A stretch of DNA of 64,000 nucleotides from a virus. Position 1 is the stretch's first letter, and each line of letters starts with the position of its first letter. The stretch lies in the IMG/VR virus record IMGVR_UViG_3300010399_000002, positions 1-64,000 of that record. One strand, 5' to 3'. A program made the translations under genes and the position numbers. The notes under the pieces are model-generated. The model saw nothing but the letters and a program-made list of their open reading frames with translations, made no database searches and was not told the DNA's origin. Below are positions 60,017 through 64,000 of this stretch, one piece after another.

Positions 60017-61046
60017 CTGGATCTTCCTCCATTTTGAATGTAAAATGTAATCGTTCAAATGAAGCATAGCACGAAATAGTATAACCCGCCCTTTGCGACT
60101 TTTGTTATCGACCATCAACTTGGCAATCAAATGAACTGGACAAGTTGGCTGATCGTAGGACGCTTCCAACCTCTTTTGACTGGGTCTGCGTAGCCATTGC
60201 ATAAACTATCCTTCGTCTAGATCTTGGACTTCCAACACTGCTATCAGCTGACCGTCGTTCCACTCATTGTGTTTCTTTGTACCAGGTGGATATGGATTCT
60301 CTTCGTGGCCGTGCAACTGGCTGCCCGGTAATGCAGCTTGCATGTACACAACGTAGCCTTGCGCCTTGGGCTTGAGTCTTTTGCACTGTCTCAATGTTAT
60401 GAGCTTTGGCTTTTTGACCGTGATCATAGCTTATCCGCCTTCGCTAGCTTTTCGAGGTACTCTGTTAGAGCAACTACGAACTCGACCTCTTCTGGTTCTG
60501 GATCGGCAACGCAATTTGGACAGACGGCTGTGTGCAATGCAACTGAAAAAACCTTAGCTTCGCAATATGGACAAGTCTCCATGTTATACCTCAATTGCTT
60601 CATCTGCGATTCGACGCAGTAACTCCCTCCAACCTTTTCCACGCTTATGCCTCAAACTACTGACTGCAATCGTCTTCAACTGCGTTGGACTGGTAGTTAC
60701 TTTTACTGCGCACTCGTATGAAGCCTCCTGTACATCGTCCGCAGTAAGCCTGTGCACTGTAACTATCAACATTAGCACATACCTCCTGCTGCCCACAACT
60801 TCTTACGATACATCTTGGCGCACTTGGTGCATGCCTGTCTTATACTACTCTCATTCACCTCGAAGGCTGTATCGTACACAACCGGTGCTCCGCACAAAGC
60901 CGGTGTATCTGCGCCGTGCAGATATTTGCGGCCTACAGCTGTCAATCTGCGAATGTGATAACTATCGCCTGCAACCCGTGTAGCACAAAAGCTGTACTGG
61001 TGGATCTGTTTTTCCGGTCTCTTGACTGTTGTGGGCATAGATTTGG

Positions 61047-61131
61047 CACTCGTAGGAACTGTCAGGCACTGTTTCTAGACACCAAGTGGTGGTTGGATGG
61101 GGTTTTTGATTCCCAACTCGTTGTAGGGGCT
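61047..61131. repeat. Tripartite dispersed motif, copy D
   Basis: CTGTCAGGCACT-N14-AGTGGTGGTTGG-N20-CTCGTTGTAGGGGCT. Confidence 0.8.
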
Positions 61132-61652
61132 AGAAACGGATTTTCACGAAACCTGCGTCTCGTAAACCTCTTTGATCCCAACCTCTTCTTTGTCTTCTCC
61201 AACTGGATGCGATACTCGTTTACGTACTTCAATGGATCTTTGACTCGCAGCCTGGGAATGGACATTCCGAGCATCGCTACCTTGAAAGCGCTTCTAGCGG
61301 CTTTGATATTCTCGCCATTGGGATACAATCTCTGCATCTCCAACTCAACTGCTTGCCGAGAAACATTTCCACAGAATGTACTGAGTCTCGTACTGAATAT
61401 CGAGCCTTTCACTGGAGATCGCCTTCGCCAGTAGTTAACTAAGAATCTCACTAACCAATCCGGACTGACCTTGTAGCGCTCGCACCAAACCTTCAGGTTC
61501 AGCAACCGCAAACGATCGTCGGGCTTCAGCCTCAATCTCACATTTGACTTGTGATAGTTGGACAGGATGGTCTCCACTTTTGATTGCCACTTGTTCAGCA
61601 CATATTCGAGATGGGAACGGGGACTCATGAACGTGTTCTCGTACGTAACCAC
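61062..61652 (-). CDS. Hypothetical basic protein
   Basis: 196-aa ORF. Confidence 0.6.
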   Translation of the reverse strand: MVTYENTFMSPRSHLEYVLNKWQSKVETILSNYHKSNVRLRLKPDDRLRLLNLKVWCERYKVSPDWLVRFLVNYWRRRSPVKGSIFSTRLSTFCGNVSRQAVELEMQRLYPNGENIKAARSAFKVAMLGMSIPRLRVKDPLKYVNEYRIQLEKTKKRLGSKRFTRRRFRENPFLAPTTSWESKTPSNHHLVSRNSA

Positions 61653-61997
61653 TTTGGCACCCTAGGCTTTACACAGGTTCTATACCTTGATACAAAGCCT
61701 TGTAACATCTCAACACGTACTCTACGCATCCAACGGAACCCCAACCACTTAGGGGCGCGCCCTTTTCTCGTAACCAAATTATTCCAGTAACTCATTTTTC
61801 ACGCCTCTACTCGATTCACTTGTGCTTCTCCTTCCACCAAGACACGAATGCGGACAGTACAACAGCAACCATCGGGCCGACCTGCACACCCATCGGTGGA
61901 TCTTTCTGCTTAACCAATAGCGCCTGCGTTAGACTATCTACAAACCAAAACGCCAAGGCCGGAATAACGAAATTTTCTATGAATGAGACTAGTATAC

Positions 61998-62666
61998 TCA
62001 TTTCACCTCCTCGCCCTTCTCCGGGGCGGCAAGTTCCTGTTTGTGCCCGTATATCTCGCAGCCGAGCATGACTTGCACCGTCGTCGCTTCGATTCCTTCG
62101 AGCATGTCCCGCGCTTGCTGCTTGCCCTCGATCCGCCCCCGCAGCCGCTCCCGCGCTCCGTGGCGCTCCAACTCTGCGTACCTCTCCTCGGCGGCTAGCG
62201 CTCGACCTTCCATGCTGTCATACAGGTTGAAGGCGTCGTTGAGACTTCGGCACCCCTTGAAGCGACTCCCTACAAGGTTCTCGTACTCAAGTAGACGAAA
62301 CTCCATTCCTTCATTCGCGGTAATAAGCTGGCCGTTTCTCTCTCGTTCGGCGTTAAGTTCTCCGATGACGGACTGATACTCACCGATGCGACCTTTAGCG
62401 TTCATGGCCTTCCATGTCTGGCAAATGGGTAGCTCCTCATCTCGGTCACCAAAGTGGGCGGCGGCTTCCGAAAACTCAGAAGTCTCGAACTCACAGTGGA
62501 AGCACTTCCAAACTGCCCGCGCTCCATGGCGCTGGGCGAAGGCGACGAGGGCGTCGGCAAGCAAACCAACAGCCTGCTTACGGCTAGACAATACAGACAT
62601 GTGCCCGTAAGTATCTAGCGCCACCTTCTCCGCCTCTTCCCGCAGCGCGCTCTCGGTGGGGGTCAT
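61998..62666 (-). CDS. Mosaic hypothetical protein with WKCFHC...HFG Zn module and coiled coil
   Basis: ORF, motif and internal 18-bp repeat. Confidence 0.65.
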   Translation of the reverse strand: MTPTESALREEAEKVALDTYGHMSVLSSRKQAVGLLADALVAFAQRHGARAVWKCFHCEFETSEFSEAAAHFGDRDEELPICQTWKAMNAKGRIGEYQSVIGELNAERERNGQLITANEGMEFRLLEYENLVGSRFKGCRSLNDAFNLYDSMEGRALAAEERYAELERHGARERLRGRIEGKQQARDMLEGIEATTVQVMLGCEIYGHKQELAAPEKGEEVK

Positions 62667-62901
62667 CGAGAGAATCCTTGTGCATCCATATATGAAGATG
62701 CTTGCAAAAAGGTAGAGTCTGGAAACAGCAATGACCAGAGCTTCATAACTTTTTCGGGATCTAGCTTTCCGGACCTGTCAAAGGATTCCAACTCCGCTAT
62801 TGGAATCAGAGAGTCCTTGCTCAGGTGCGCAAGGCTCTTAGGCCCTACGTTCTTGACGAACCTGTGAACTAACTCAATGTACACTGACGAAATGCCGACG
62901 A

Positions 62902-63285
62902 TCATGTCCTCTCTCCTTGCGCCCGCGCCCACTCTAGGCAGGCGGAGCAGATGGCGTCCTGTATTGTCTGTCCTTCGCCGTGAAATCGTGCTACTCGGCC
63001 AGATACCCAAATGTCACACACGTATGGGATGCGCTTCTCTAAATCGAACCACTCGCATCTGTCCAGCACCTCCATGGCGTCGGCTATGGAGACGTAGGGG
63101 TCCCAATCGTCAAGATGCCCTTCTGGCGGACACGGCCCCAGCGGGCTCTTTTCCCAATCAAGCACTGACCGCGAACAGATCCGGCATATCCAGAACTTTC
63201 CGCGCTCTTCCCATTCGTGTAACGGCCAGCCCATCACCACGCGGGCCAGCAGCGCCACGTTCGCGGCTTTCTGTTCTAAAGTCAC
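62902..63285 (-). CDS. Phage ABA-sandwich-like protein
   Basis: ARVVMGW...WDPYVSIADAMEV...TIQDAICSACL. Confidence 0.6.
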   Translation of the reverse strand: MTLEQKAANVALLARVVMGWPLHEWEERGKFWICRICSRSVLDWEKSPLGPCPPEGHLDDWDPYVSIADAMEVLDRCEWFDLEKRIPYVCDIWVSGRVARFHGEGQTIQDAICSACLEWARAQGERT

Positions 63286-63977
63286 TTGGCACTCTCCAAA
63301 GCAACCAATAACTTTTGCACATCAACCGCGATCTCTCTTTTGTGTCCTCGATCAGTACCGTTCTTAACGATGATCTTCTCTTGCGCCAAATCCGAAAACG
63401 TACTTGTCATCAACTCTCGTGACGTACGGCAATACCGGGCTAACGTCTCGTGTGACAAGATTGGCAAAGTCTGGATACCGCGTATATCTTTCAATGGGCC
63501 GGGGAAACACGACTTGACTAACGAAGCCAACATATACAGAACCATATCTTGCAACAACCAACTCTCTGCGCCCAGACGTTCCAACAACACATCCCTCTGG
63601 GCCGCGATAGCTTCATACATGACCCCAAACTTGACCTCGTCCAATGGATGGAAAAATAACTTAACTGGAGTAAGAGCTTCGAGAGCATCACCTGGCCGAC
63701 TGAGCAGGACGGACGGATCTGTTGAGCTGTGAAACGAGACGATCATGGAGTACCTTAACTGTTCTTCGCCGCTGCGAAAATCTCGTCTGTGAGGCTTACA
63801 GTAATTCGTCTTACCGGCAAACGGCCGCGTATAGGCAACCAGTCCACTACCGACTACCATATACAAACCGTAGTCCTTACTGCTGTCTTCTGCGACTCTG
63901 CGGTTTCTGTCGTCTCGCTGACGGGGATTTTCGACGAAACCTCGAATGTCCCCTTTCTGAAGATCGATTACGCTCAT
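63282..63977 (-). CDS. Crp/Fnr-like transcription regulator
   Basis: LYMVVGSG.V beta-roll-like N-terminus, EALTPV, HTH LSHETLARYCRTSRELMTSTFSDL. Confidence 0.7.
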   Translation of the reverse strand: MSVIDLQKGDIRGFVENPRQRDDRNRRVAEDSSKDYGLYMVVGSGLVAYTRPFAGKTNYCKPHRRDFRSGEEQLRYSMIVSFHSSTDPSVLLSRPGDALEALTPVKLFFHPLDEVKFGVMYEAIAAQRDVLLERLGAESWLLQDMVLYMLASLVKSCFPGPLKDIRGIQTLPILSHETLARYCRTSRELMTSTFSDLAQEKIIVKNGTDRGHKREIAVDVQKLLVALESAK

Positions 63978-64000
63978 GACGGCTTCCTTTCTTCAAATAC

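Noticed and set aside
250-63979. All plus-strand ORFs in the track (e.g. 15573-16214, 37617-38375, 12001-12534)
   Set aside because: They are antisense shadows of well-supported minus-strand genes; the Ser/Phe-rich ones mirror Glu/Lys codons; no SDs or domains
1-64000. Integrase/att site at tRNA-Pro, or an alternative genetic code
   Set aside because: No integrase or host genes in the window, the tRNA lies within the phage operon, and genes tile well with standard stop codons

Overview
A 64-kb segment of a large tailed dsDNA phage genome (host not determinable from sequence). All credible genes are on the minus strand. In transcription order (right to left) it contains four regions. (1) 64000-25046 is a replication, recombination and nucleotide-metabolism region: Crp-like regulator, NAMPT-like plus PRS-like pair (NARP1-type NAD+ reconstitution), DnaB helicase, primase, 5'-3' exonuclease, sigma factor, beta-clamp-like protein, UDG-PolA polymerase, gp32-like SSB, RecA, DnaX-like clamp loader, fused SbcD-SbcC and RuvC. 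It also carries a dispersed 7-deazaguanine DNA-modification pathway (DpdA-like, FolE, QueD, QueE and a QueD paralogue; no QueC in the window) with glycosyltransferases and a radical SAM enzyme. (2) About 24710-14800 is an early-type operon that starts with an apparently ~700-nt, heavily base-paired non-coding RNA. Its gene junctions carry seven covarying copies of a hairpin/anti-SD element and two type II hammerhead ribozymes. (3) About 14800-6200 holds small accessory genes. (4) 6130-1 is a packaging operon (TerS, TerL, tRNA-Pro). Six free-standing Vsr/DUF559-like endonuclease genes are scattered through the window; one sits inside the 5' end of the exonuclease gene and is followed by a recoded replacement start. 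The most novel-looking item is the RNA-based control layer of the early operon. All family assignments are from motif recognition by eye; no searches were run.
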